Positions 1 to 17,616 are shown, counted from the stretch's first letter. The stretch: 64,000 bases of DNA from Salpingoeca rosetta (GCA_033442325.1 JAWQFM010000009.1:80702-144701); one strand, 5' to 3'. The notes: generated by a model from the sequence alone, not told the origin. Made by a program: numbers and translations.

Positions 1-46
1 CCCCCACTCACCCCCCACGCACACCCCCCCCCACACGTATACACAG

Positions 47-4585
<4,539 letters not shown>

Positions 4586-4823
4586 ACACATCGTCTGGAC
4601 CACAGCAGTGTACAACACAGTCTCCTTGGCACTTGTCGTGCATCACACTGTGTGCACCTACCCTACCCTCTTCTTCCCTTTCGGGTGCTTGTCAATGCCC
4701 AACATGCAGGCCCCTGTTTAGTTTCCTCGGTTGCTCTCATCCGTCCATGTGTTTCCCTGACTGATCATCAACAACACTCGCTCGTGGTTTGCTTGCTTGT
4801 TGCTCGCATGCACGCCGATGCGC

Positions 4824-4857
<34 letters not shown>

Positions 4858-5132
4858 CTTCTTCTTCTTCTTCTTGTTGTTGTTGCTGTTCTGTTTGCTG
4901 TGATGATTTCAAGCCTGTCATACCATACACGTTCCCACCATAGCAAGGGGCAAAGGGGTAGAATGAAGGAAGGGGGCGGGGGAGAGGGCAGGAGGAGAGG
5001 AGAGGAGAGGAAGAGGAAAGCAGGGAGCGAAGGTCGCGTGAAGCTTCTTTGGCCCTGTGTGACCCAAGCAGATGGACGCAGGTGCGCACACACGTCTGCA
5101 CACACAACACACAGACACACAGACACACAGAC

Positions 5133-5171
<39 letters not shown>

Positions 5172-5264
5172 CACACACACACACACAGACACAGACACAG
5201 ACACACACACAGACACACACACACACAGAGCCATGTGCCTTGCTCATGTTCTCCACGGCCTGAC

Positions 5265-5798
5265 TCAGAAGAATGGGCGACCGGAATCACGGGAGGAGGG
5301 AGGAGCCTTGGTTGTGAACGGCCTGTTGAGCGAGGTGAGGGTCCAGGTGAGCTCTTGCACAGGGTCAGTCGCGTAGCCTTCGTCTCGGAAGGTGAGGATT
5401 GGGGTCTCAAACACCCACTGCTGCAGGTCCCAGAAGTCATCGCGCTCGTCCTCTGTTGGGGTGTACCGCGCCAGGAACTCCACCAATATGGACAGCCTGA
5501 TCTCCTGGCTGGAGATGTTGCCGAAGACGTTGATGATGTGCGCGTCCTCCAGCACGGCCGGCAGCTTGTGGTGCGACTCATCCTCACGCTGGTTGCCGGT
5601 GCAAAGTGTGTGTGTGTGTTGGGGGGGGGGGTTGAGGAGGAGAAGAGAGAGGGATGGCAACAGTGCTGGACACAACAATACGCAGACCTGATACAGGCAG
5701 GCAGACACAGGTACACACACACACACACACACACACACAGGTAGACACACACAGGTAGACACACACAGGTAGACACACACACACACACACACACACGA

Positions 5799-5852
<54 letters not shown>

Positions 5853-6678
5853 CATGTGTTCACAACGAACCTCGCGTGCTCTGTGCTTGAGTTCTCGGTA
5901 CACCAGCGGTGTCATGCTGCGCTTCATTGACTGCAGCGACTCCATGTCCCCATCCCGCACAATGGCGTGAAGTTGCTCCCAGACCATGCGCGCGCCCTGA
6001 CGAAAGAAGCAAGCGCGTGAAAGTGAGTGCGGTGCACCAAAAGGAGTGCGGAGCGCACGCGCGCGGGCAAGAGAGAGAGGGAGAGAGAGAGAGTGTGTGT
6101 GTGTGCGTGTGCGTGTGAGGAGGGGAAGTGGGGGAATGCAGCGTGGGAGAACAGAGATGAGCATGGGCGTCAACAGGCAAGCTAAGCTGACACACAAACA
6201 GACAGACAGGCAGACACAGAAGCAGAGGCAGACACACAGACACAGACACACACAGACACACAGACACACAGACACACAGACACACACAGACACACACAGA
6301 CACAGACACAGACACAGACACACACACACACACACACACACATACCTGAATGAACTCGTCGGGGTCAAACCCCCATGGCTTCCTGAGGTTGTACAGCTGC
6401 CAACGGATGCGCAGGCTGCGTAGGAACCCGACTGGCGTCAGGTCTGGCCGTTGCTTGCTGATGGTGCTGTATGCACGGCACTGACACGACAGCGGTGGCA
6501 ACGTCGTTGCTGGCTCAGCAGCCACTGGCCCACCTCGCCTTCCCTGCGCATGGTTGCCGAGACTCAAAGCGCAAGCACCAGCTCGTGGCACGCCTGCCCA
6601 TGCTTTAGCCGCCTGCAGCCCCAGCCCCCTCGCTATCGCAGCGCCGTTGCTTGCCAAGGACACCCCTCGGCCAAACAT
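5265..6678 (-). CDS. Predicted mitochondrial Tim44-like/MAIP1-like protein
   Basis: Exons 6678-6346, 5996-5871 and 5588-5265, all phase 0. The N-terminus is R/A/L-rich and presequence-like (..CRAYST..). FDPDEFIQGARMVW...WVFETP...WTLTSLN resembles the Tim44-like fold. The start could instead be one of the ATGs at 6684-6699. Confidence 0.65.
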
Positions 6679-6899
6679 GCCCATCATCATCATCATCATT
6701 GTTGTTCGGGTCAAGGTTGTTGTTGTTTGTGTTTTTGGACACACTCTGAGGGAGAAGAAGGAACCGTTCATGACACACACACACGCACGCACACGCACAC
6801 ACACACACACACACACACAGACACACAGACACACAGACACACAGACACACAGACACACACGCACACACACACACACACACAGACATAGACATAGACAGG

Positions 6900-8693
6900 C
6901 TAGCTTGTTGAGGCGACTGCGTCTGTCTGCACGTGCTCGTTGTGTCGAAGAATGTGTCTGGAGGGGAGTACCAGCGCGGCCAGGGCGCCGTGGTCGCGGC
7001 CACCACCCTCGTCCACAATGCACCTGTTCGGGTGGGCCACGTCAAGGAAGCCAAAGTGGCCCGACACCTCAATCACGTCTGTTTCCTCCAACTCCGGGTG
7101 CGCGCCACGGCACCTCCCCCGCCCCGCAATCACCTCCAGAAATGGGGCGTGACACGCGCGCTCGCGTGCCAGCTGCATCTGCGGGTCCATGTCCTTGTGG
7201 TTCTCGAGGCCCGCGTGCAGGCAGATGACGCGGCCAAAGGAGAAGCGGAGGTCGACCAGCCACGGCAGGTCGCGGAAGAACGACAGGTGGGCCGCGGGCA
7301 TGGCTGCCAGTAGCGCGTGGCGGTCAGGAAACTTGCACCCGTACGACTCAAACGTGGCAGCAGCCTCGAAGACGGAGTCGTTTGACGTCGGCAGCTTTGC
7401 ACCCCACCGCCTCCCTTGCAGGTGCATGCCGTTGTGGTCGCCTTTCGGGTCCACGTACAGCTTCTCCCGGTACCACGACCTGAAGCCCACGCCCGTGCTT
7501 CCCACATCCTCCTGCGGAAACACGCGGAGGAAGGAGCTCAGCCCAAAGTCGTGGTTGCCGGCGATGATGTGCGTTGTGTTGGGCCGCGTGCGCTGGAGCC
7601 AGAGCAGAAAGTCGACGACTTGGCGCGTGTCGCTGCCGCGGTCACACAGGTCGCCCAGGAACACGACGTCAACGCCGGCCATCCACGGCCCAAAGTACAC
7701 GCTGGCGTTGGTCCACAGCTGCTGCAGGCGCAGGTAGCGTCCGTGGAGGTCGCCGATGCACAGGCACATGTCGCCGCGCTCGCCACGTGCCGGTGCTGCG
7801 GCGTCAATGTCAACGTCCACCGTGCCCGGGCACACCATATCGGGGGTGAGGTGTGACTCGCCGCCGTCAAGCAGGAGGCTCAGGGCAGCGGCATCAAGCA
7901 GGTGGCGGTCGCGGGCGTCACGCGCAGTTGCAGACCACAACGCTCGCTGCGCTGTAGTGGACAGCGACACGTTCACGCCATCCGGCCGTGCACACCGTGA
8001 CTGCTGTTGCTGGTCTTCTTGCAATGCAATATCGTGCCATTGAAAGAGCACCGTTGGCGCCATGCGCTTGGCTTGTGTTGCTTCACTGTCACTCTCTTCA
8101 TCGCTGTTGCGCACCACGCTGACCCGGCAGTAAATGACCACCTGCAGCTCGTGTCTGGTTGTCTGTAGTGTGTGTGTGTATGTGAGTGTGAGTGCGTGTG
8201 TTTTGGGCATGTTGGCGCGTGACGTGTGAAAGATGTGAGCAAGCAAGGTACAGGGGCAGGGGAAGGAAGGTGCGTACACATAGAAGTGTACACAGACACA
8301 CACACACACACACACATACACACACAGACAGAAGCATGCACACGCAACAGTGTACGCACGCACACGCACACATACAGACAGAAGCATGCACACACAACAG
8401 CATGCACGCGCGCACACACACACACACGCACACACACACACACGCACACAGACAGAAGCATGCACACACACACATACACACACACAGAAGCATGCGCACG
8501 CAACAGTGTACACACACTCACGTTGATAACGCCGTCAAAGTTCAAGTCTGTGTTGATCAGGGCTTCTCCCGCAAAGGACAACACTTGTTGTGTAAAGGAA
8601 TCATCGCTGTCTGCGGTGAGGGACAAGGACGGTAAGCACCCGTCCTTCTTCTGCAGCTGGTCCTCGTCTGTCTTGATTAAAATCCTGCACAGT

Positions 8694-8779
<86 letters not shown>

Positions 8780-9070
8780 GCACAGGAGGAAACAGGGGTG
8801 GGGGGAGTGGGATCGTGAACGAACGAACGCATGCACACAGTGTGCTCGCATTCACATCCACATACAGTTTGCACGAGACACAGACAAGATGGACACACAA
8901 CCACGCACAGACAGACAGGTAGACAGACAGGTAGCCAGACAGATAGACAGACACACGAACAGGCACACAACCACGCAGTGCACGTAAGGCACGAGTGTCT
9001 GGTCTGACCGTGAGGGGGAGTCCTGGCGAGGCTGATCCACGATCAGCACAACCGCGTGAAGCTGTGGCAT
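6900..9070 (-). CDS. RLPH-type (Rhizobiales-like) PPP-family metallophosphatase with an N-terminal Nudix-like extension
   Basis: Exons 9070-9009, 8684-8522 and 8141-6900. Motifs GDLHG, GDLCDRG, GNHD, HAG and SGH, plus the RLPH signatures MHLQGRRW, TFESYG and IVDEGGG..LAALVLPS. The 5' exons are less certain than the catalytic exon. Confidence 0.88.
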
Positions 9071-9282
9071 CTTCGCTGCGGGCTATTGAGCGGTCTGGTC
9101 TTTGATGTTGAGTGTGAAACGACGACTACTCCTACGATGGATTTAGGAGCTACTGGTGGAACGAGGACCTCGCAGTCGTCGTCGTCAAAAGCCTGTTGCT
9201 GGCTGTGATGGCTGCTGGAACGATCTGAGTGGAGAAGCGATTGAAACAAGAACCATCACAGTCGTCGTCATCAAAGCGCAAC

Positions 9283-9291
9283 AAAAAAAAA
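9283..9291 (-). terminator. RNA polymerase III oligo-T terminator of tRNA-Thr
   Basis: A run of T on the minus strand begins immediately after the acceptor stem. Confidence 0.8.
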
Positions 9292-9363
9292 GGGCCTGGA
9301 GGGATTCGAACCCCCGATCTTCGGTTTACAAGACCGACGCCTTGCCAGCTTGGCCACAGACCC
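9291..9363 (-). tRNA. tRNA-Thr(UGU), intronless
   Basis: Reverse complement reads GGGTCTG TG GCCAAGCTGGCAAGGC G TCGGT CT-TGT-AA ACCGA AGATC GGGGG TTCGAAT CCCTC CAGGCCC T. It forms a full cloverleaf with A and B boxes. Confidence 0.97.
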
Positions 9364-9419
9364 CAAGGGATTGCTCACGTACCGGGGGTGGCTGCCGCGA
9401 ACTTTTCAAATGCCTTTGG

Positions 9420-9860
9420 TGTGCGTGCGTGTGTGTTTCATGTGTGTGTGTGTGAGTGAGTGAGTGAGTGAGCGAGTGAGTGAGTGTGCTGAGTGTGTGT
9501 GTGTGTGAGTGAGTGAGTGTGTGTGTGTGTGAGTGAGTGAGTGAGTGAGCGAGTGAGTGAGTGTGCTGTGTGTGAGAGAGAGAGAGAGTGAGTGAGTGTG
9601 CTGTGTGAGTGAGTGAGTGAGCTGTGTGAGTGAGTGAGTGAGCTGTGTGTGTGTGTGCTGTGTGAGTGAGTGAGTGTGTGCTGTGTGCTGTGTGTGTGTG
9701 TGTGCTGTGTGAGTGAGTGAGTGTGTGCTGTGTGAGTGAGTGTGTGTGTGTGTGTGTGTGTGTGAGTGTTTGTGTGTGTGCTGTGTGTGTGTGTGTGCTG
9801 TGTGTGTGTGTGTGTGCTGTGTGTGTGTGTGCACTCTCTCTAGCTCTCTCTCTCTCACTC
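9420..9860. repeat. Compound (GAGT)n/(GT)n/(CT)n microsatellite block
   Basis: Seen directly, upstream of the tRNA. Confidence 0.9.
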
Positions 9861-9978
9861 ACCCTATCTCCTTCCCCAACTGCTGCCCCCCTCTGCTGCC
9901 CCCCTCTCTGCCTCACATACGCTTTGCACGATAGTTGAAACTGTACTTGGAACCATGCGCGGGCCGTCATGTAGTAAC

Positions 9979-10086
9979 GCAAACGCCCGCAAACGCCCGC
10001 AAACGCCCGCAAACGCCCGCAAACGCCCGCAAACGCCCGCAAACGCCCGCAAACGTCCGCAAACGCCCGCAAACGCCCGAAACGCC
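9979..10086 (+). repeat. 10-bp tandem minisatellite (GCAAACGCCC), about 10.5 copies
   Basis: Near-perfect head-to-tail units with one C>T variant. Confidence 0.95.
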
Positions 10087-10121
10087 ACCACCTACCCAAC
10101 AAACAAACAAACATACAGGGC

Positions 10122-11933
10122 TTAGTGGTCTGGTATGGCAGCCCAAGCTCCGCTGTCGCCACCGTCGTCGCCGATGCTGCCAAACAGCAGGCTGCGCAAC
10201 GTTTCATCCAATCCCGCTTCCCTCACATGCTCACCACTGTCGTCGCCCACACCGTTGCTTGCACTACGCCGGGCCTGCGCGAGCGCCACTGCGTCCGGGT
10301 GAGCGAACACGACCTGGAACACGGTCCGCTCCCGTGTGCACGTGTTGTTCACGCTGTGCAGGAAGCTGTCGTCAAAGAACAGCACCTGCCCCGTCGCCCA
10401 CGACCGCACCTCGTCGCCAACCTTGAGAAACGCACAGGGCACCGTGCCTTCCTTCCCCTCACCACCACCACTGCCCACACCATCCACGCCCCTTGCTTCA
10501 CCACCGTCACCGTCCTCACCACCACCCTCTTCACGTGTTGGCACGTCCAGCCCGAGGTGCAGCTTCAGTTGGCCGTTGGTCATGCCGTAGTGTGGCTTGA
10601 GCACGGCACGGGGTCCAAGTGCGCTGTACCCAACGCGGAGCACATGCAGCCCCGTCTCATTGCGCAACGTGTTCAGGAGCCTGCAGGCAACGGGCGTGTC
10701 GCGGCTGCAATTGCTACCAGAGGCGTGCGGGCGCCAGTATGCCGTCGACTCATACCGCATCCACGTGCCACTGGGGATGGTTGCGTCGTGGATGCACTCC
10801 CGTTCCGGCAGAAGCAGGCCACGCTCCTTGATGCCTTCAAACTCCCGCTTGAGCGCGTCCGTATGCTCGCGCAGCAGCTGCGCCGCCCGCTGAACGCCAC
10901 GGTGCTCGGAGGGGTCATGCCATGGCGCCGTCGCTATCGAAGATGACGACGACGACGACGACGACGACGACGATGGCTGTTGTGGCTCCGACACCAGTTC
11001 TGGAATGAACGTTCGCGGCAGCTGCTGGACGCTGGCCCATGGGCCGTGGCCGGTGAGGAGTTGGCCCAGCGAGCGGAGGCGCGACAGCATGGCGTCACGA
11101 ACACTTGTCGGCATGTTTGGCAGGTCCGCCGTTCGCTGCAGAAGGTCGTAGTGTTGCTGCATGACGCGCAGCGTCGGTCGCACACCTGGCTGCTTCAGCG
11201 CCTCCTCGAATAGCATCAGGCTTGTCGGCAGATCACCTTTGCACTCGTAGATCGTGGACTGCAGCTGCAGCAGCACTGCCCTCGCCTCCGACGGCAGCAC
11301 GCTCACGTCTTGCTGCTGCTGCTGCTGTTGCTGCTGTTGTTGTTGGGGATACTGCTGCAGGGTGCTTTCCAAGACGCCAAGCGCATCGTCATACTCAAAG
11401 TTCAGGTACATGTCCGTGGCCAACGCTGCCGCCTGCGCAACGCGCTCCAGGGCCGTGTTGACCACAGGGTCGTCGGCGTGCTTCTGCGGCTGCTTCTGCT
11501 GTTGCTGCAAGTGGTCCAGGGCCTGCAGGCCCTTGAGGCGCAGCTTGATGGCATGCGGGTACATTTTCATGTGCGAGTACACGTCCGCTGCGCGAGAGAA
11601 TAGCAGAAACCGCTCCTCGCTGTGCTGGAGGCTGCATGCCGCAGGCCCTGGGCCAGACAGGACCGCGTTTGCCAGGTTCAGTGCCCGAAACGGCTTGCTG
11701 TCCTTGAAAGCAACAGCTCCAGCCATGTCCTGCAGCGCCTGCTCACAATCTACAGGAACGCTGGCGCTGCTGTTGCCCGAAAAGGGCCACCATGACGGCC
11801 ACACCAGCAGCCATGCCAACCCCAGCACCACCACCGCAGCAGCCACGCCAACCAAACCACCCCCACCACCCCCACCACCCTTCTTCCTTGTCTTCTTCTG
11901 CCTGCTCCGCTTCTTCTGCTGCTGTTTGCTCAT
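10122..11933 (-). CDS. Aspartyl/asparaginyl beta-hydroxylase-like 2OG/Fe(II) oxygenase, type II membrane protein, intronless (603 aa)
   Basis: Basic N-terminus MSKQQQKKRSR, one TM helix (LVGVAAAVVVLGLAWLLVW) and a helical TPR-like middle. The catalytic domain has LKPHYGMTNGQLKLHLGL and W..GQVLFFDDSFLHSV..R..F.V.FAHP. Confidence 0.88.
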   Translation of the reverse strand: MSKQQQKKRSRQKKTRKKGGGGGGGGLVGVAAAVVVLGLAWLLVWPSWWPFSGNSSASVPVDCEQALQDMAGAVAFKDSKPFRALNLANAVLSGPGPAACSLQHSEERFLLFSRAADVYSHMKMYPHAIKLRLKGLQALDHLQQQQKQPQKHADDPVVNTALERVAQAAALATDMYLNFEYDDALGVLESTLQQYPQQQQQQQQQQQQDVSVLPSEARAVLLQLQSTIYECKGDLPTSLMLFEEALKQPGVRPTLRVMQQHYDLLQRTADLPNMPTSVRDAMLSRLRSLGQLLTGHGPWASVQQLPRTFIPELVSEPQQPSSSSSSSSSSSSIATAPWHDPSEHRGVQRAAQLLREHTDALKREFEGIKERGLLLPERECIHDATIPSGTWMRYESTAYWRPHASGSNCSRDTPVACRLLNTLRNETGLHVLRVGYSALGPRAVLKPHYGMTNGQLKLHLGLDVPTREEGGGEDGDGGEARGVDGVGSGGGEGKEGTVPCAFLKVGDEVRSWATGQVLFFDDSFLHSVNNTCTRERTVFQVVFAHPDAVALAQARRSASNGVGDDSGEHVREAGLDETLRSLLFGSIGDDGGDSGAWAAIPDH

Positions 11934-12074
11934 CGTTTGCGATTTGTGAACATAGGAGCAAAGTTTCTTTCGACCCACGTGTGCACCACCACACCACAGC
12001 ACAGAACACACACGCACACAACCACACACGCACACAAGCACACACACATACACACACAAGCACAACAGACAGGG
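11934..12074. promoter_or_regulatory. Putative compact bidirectional promoter (AspH-like gene / NIFK)
   Basis: Only 141 bp lie between the two divergent ATGs. Confidence 0.6.
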
Positions 12075-12703
12075 ATGGCCAGGACAAAGGGCAAGAAGGG
12101 CAAGCGCACCGCACAGGCGGCTGCAGGCGCTGAAGAGAAGAAGGAAAAGATCCAACAGCAGCAAGCAGTGGAGGAGGCCACCGTCGCATCGGCAGCCGCT
12201 GGATCCGCCAAGCGAGCCAAGAAGACAACCACAGCCAACAAGACAAAGCAGGCCAAGAAGAAGGCGACAGCAACAGCAACAACAGCAACAACAGCAACAG
12301 CAACAACAGCAACAGCTACGGAGAACGGCAGCCCTGCTCAGGAGATTGCCGCTGTTGAGGACAGCGGCGCGCAGCCTGCTGCGAAGAAGGCGAAGACGCA
12401 GGTGAAGAACAACAACAACAACAACAAGAAGAGCGCCAAGGGGAACACCCCAGCCACCAAGCACAAGCAGGCACAAGGCAAGAAAGCGCAGCAGACCAAG
12501 GCTGCCAAGAAGCAGACAAAGCAGCAAAAGGACAAGAACAATACAAAGGATGAGATCATCAAGCTGAAGATCAAGAAGACCAAGGTAATGAACAACGAAA
12601 AGCGTCTCATGCCTGCCTCTGTGTGTGCGTTTGTGTGTGTGCGTGCGTTTGTGTGTGTGTGTGTGTTTGTATGTATGTATGTGTGTTTGTTTGCGTGCGT
12701 GTG

Positions 12704-12757
<54 letters not shown>

Positions 12758-13415
12758 TGTGTGTGTGTTTGTGTTTGCGTCTGTCACCCCCCCCCCCAAA
12801 TCTGCGTGTGTAATGGCCCTCCCTCTACGTGCAGTGTCACCCACTGATGCTACAACTGATTTTTCCACTCTTTCAATCATGCTGACAGAAGAGCAAGGGC
12901 AACACAGTGCGCCCCACCCCTCCAAACCGGGCCGTTGTCTACTTGAGCCACATCCCCTATGGCTTCTTTGAGCCGCAAATGAACAAGTTCTTCTCCCAGT
13001 TTGGTGCGGTCACCCGCCTCCGTCTCTCCATCTCGCCAAAGGTGCGTGGCGTGTTCGCTCCCGCTTGCAGCACATCCGTTTGCTCTGCTGCATTGGCGGT
13101 TCGCATGCACTCGTGTTTGCTGGTTTGTGCCTTTGTCCTGCAGGCGCATTCACACCCATGCTCTCTCACCCTGCACTCGCACATACTCGTTCTCTTGCTC
13201 ATGAACACGACTTCTCGTTGCTGTCGTGCACACGTCTGTGTTTTCACGTCAACAGTCGGGTCGCTCGCGCGGTTATGCGTTTATTGAGTTTGAGAACGCC
13301 GAGGTGGCGAACATTGTCGCTCAGACCATGAACAACTACCTCCTCTTCAACCGCGTCCTCAAATGTGAGTTTGGTGAATGCGGGATGGAGAGCGCCGCTG
13401 CGACGCGTTCAGAAC

Positions 13416-13488
<73 letters not shown>

Positions 13489-15203
13489 GACATCGGCTCG
13501 CGCTGTCTCACCACCACCACCACCACCACCACTTCCCTCCTTCGCTTCGTTGCTTCTGCAGGTCGGGTGGTGCCTCCGGAGAAGGTGCACGACCAGCTGT
13601 TCCGCAGCCCGCGTCGCGTCGATATGGCCAGGGTGCAGCGCAGCAAGCACAACAAGGTCTGTTGCCGCAATGGGCACTGGATGCATGCGGATAGTATCGT
13701 GTGTGCGTGTGCGTGCGTGTGTGTTTGTGCGTGTGTGTGTGTGCGTGTGTGTGTGCGTTTTTGTGTGTGAGATTTTTATGTGCACACTTGCTGCTCCTCA
13801 CTGCAAACACTGTTACGCCACAATGCCCACGTGCAGGTGCGGGTGCCCTCGGAGTACGCGGCCATGGCCAAGCGCATGCGCGCCAAGGGGAAGAAGCTGC
13901 GCCAGGTGCTCGCCGCGTATGGGGTCAAGTACGACATTGACGCCGTCACTGTCAAGGCACAGGCCGCCGCGCCAAAGGTGCGGCACCAGGGCGAAGGGGG
14001 TGGGAGGGATGTGTTTGTTTGTTTGTTTGTTTGTTTGTTTGTTTGTTTGTTTGTTTGTTTGTTTGTTTGTTTGTTTGTTTGTTTGTTTGTTTGTTTGTTT
14101 GTTTGTTTGTTTGTTTGTTTGTTTGTTTGTTTGTTTGTTTTGGGTGTGTGTGCGTGCGTATGCGTTCACGTGTGTTGGGGGATTGTGCTTTGTGCGTGTG
14201 CACGCGTGTGGGTGTGAGTGCGTCAGCTCCTTGTGCCTTCTCCCGTACGACACTGACTGTGTGTGCTGCGGCCATATGTTTGTGCGTGTGTGCGTGCGTG
14301 CAGACCTCTGAAACAGCCGCTGTGAAGGAGGGCAAGAAGGCGACAAAGCAGAAGACCAAGGGAGAGGGGAAGAAGGAGAGCAAGAAGCAAGCCACGCAGC
14401 AGAGCGAGGAACACAAGGCGAACGAGACGAAGAAGCAGGAGGGCAAGTCGGCAGCAGCAACGCCAGCAGCGACCAAGAGCCGCAAGAATAACGCACAGGC
14501 GGACAAGGCCGTGAAGGTGATGAAGGAGGTGAACACCCCAATCAAGGCAGCCAAGAATGCCAACAAGACCCCAGCCAAGACACCTGCCAAGGCAGCTAAG
14601 ACCCCAGCCAAGGCAGCTAAGACCCCAGCCAAGACACCTGCCAAGACCCCGGCCAAGAATGCCAACAAGACACCTGCCAAGGCAGCCAAGACACCTGCCA
14701 AGAACCCAGCCAAGACACCTGCCAAGACCCCAGCCAAGACCCCGGCCAAGAATGCCAACAAGACACCTGCCAAGGCAGCCAAGACACCTGCCAAGAACCC
14801 AGCCAAGACACCTGCCAAGACACCTGCCAAGACCCCGGCCAAGAATGCCAACAAGACTCCTGCCAAGGCAGCCAAGACACCTGCCAAGACCCCGGCCAAG
14901 ACCCCCGCCAAGGCAGCCAAGACACCTGCCAAGACCCCGGCCAAGACCCCCGCCAAGGCAGCCAAGACCCCCGCCAAGACCCCGGCCAAGGCAGCCAAGA
15001 CACCTGCCAAGACCCCAGCCAAGAATGCCAACAAGACACCTGCCAAGACCCCGGCCAAGACCCCCGCCAAGGCAGCCAAGACACCTGCCAAGACCCCGGC
15101 CAAGACCCCCGCCAAGGCAGCCAAGACCCTCGCCAAGACACCCGCCAAGGCAGCCAAGACCCCCGCCAAGAAGGCAAAGAAGACGCCAAAGAAGGCACTG
15201 TAA
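12075..15203 (+). CDS. NIFK: Nucleolar RRM protein of the NIFK/Nop15 family, with a Lys-rich N-terminus and a TPAK-repeat C-terminal tail
   Basis: Exons 12075-12584, 12889-13041, 13256-13364, 13562-13656, 13837-13977 and 14304-15203. RRM: [77 protein letters not shown]. Confidence 0.92.
14012..14140 (+). repeat. (GTTT)n intronic microsatellite
   Basis: Seen directly. Confidence 0.95.
14568..15170 (+). repeat. Coding tandem repeat encoding [11 protein letters not shown] units
   Basis: 12-bp core (e.g. ACACCTGCCAAG/ACCCCGGCCAAG) with synonymous variation. Confidence 0.95.
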
Positions 15204-15489
15204 CCGTTGAATGCGTACGTATACGTGTGTGCGTGTGTCGTTTTGTGTGTTGCTGTCCAATTGCATTGTCGTTGTTGTTTTCATTGAGATCAAAGTACAA
15301 GGTGCAAATAGGAGAAGCATTCGTGGTGTGTTGTTGTGGCAGGCAACGACAGAAACACAGACACACACAGACACACAGACACACACACACAGACACACAC
15401 ACAGACACACACACAGACACACACAGACACACACAGACACACACAGACACACACACACACACACACACACACACGGCTGCGTTGGTTGA

Positions 15490-17455
<1,966 letters not shown>

Positions 17456-17574
17456 TGCCTGCGACGTCTTCTTCCTCCTGTTCCTTCTGCGTTGCGCACT
17501 GTTGTTTTTATGCGCGTTGTTGCTTCACCTTCCAGACTCCTATTTGCTTGCTTCGTTTGCTTCGTTCAATGTCT

Positions 17575-17616
<42 letters not shown>

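Noticed and set aside
9979-10086. Tandem repeat considered as a CRISPR array or telomeric seed
   Set aside because: There are no unique spacers or cas genes, the context is eukaryotic, and the unit is not TTAGGG-like.
11934-12527. N-terminal 198 aa of the 801-aa ORF 10122..12527
   Set aside because: This part is antisense to NIFK exon 1. The basic-tail/TM architecture supports the ATG at 11933.
13952-15169. Hydrophobic antisense ORF (LAGVLAAL repeats) resembling a membrane protein
   Set aside because: It is the mirror of the TPAK coding repeat on the plus strand.
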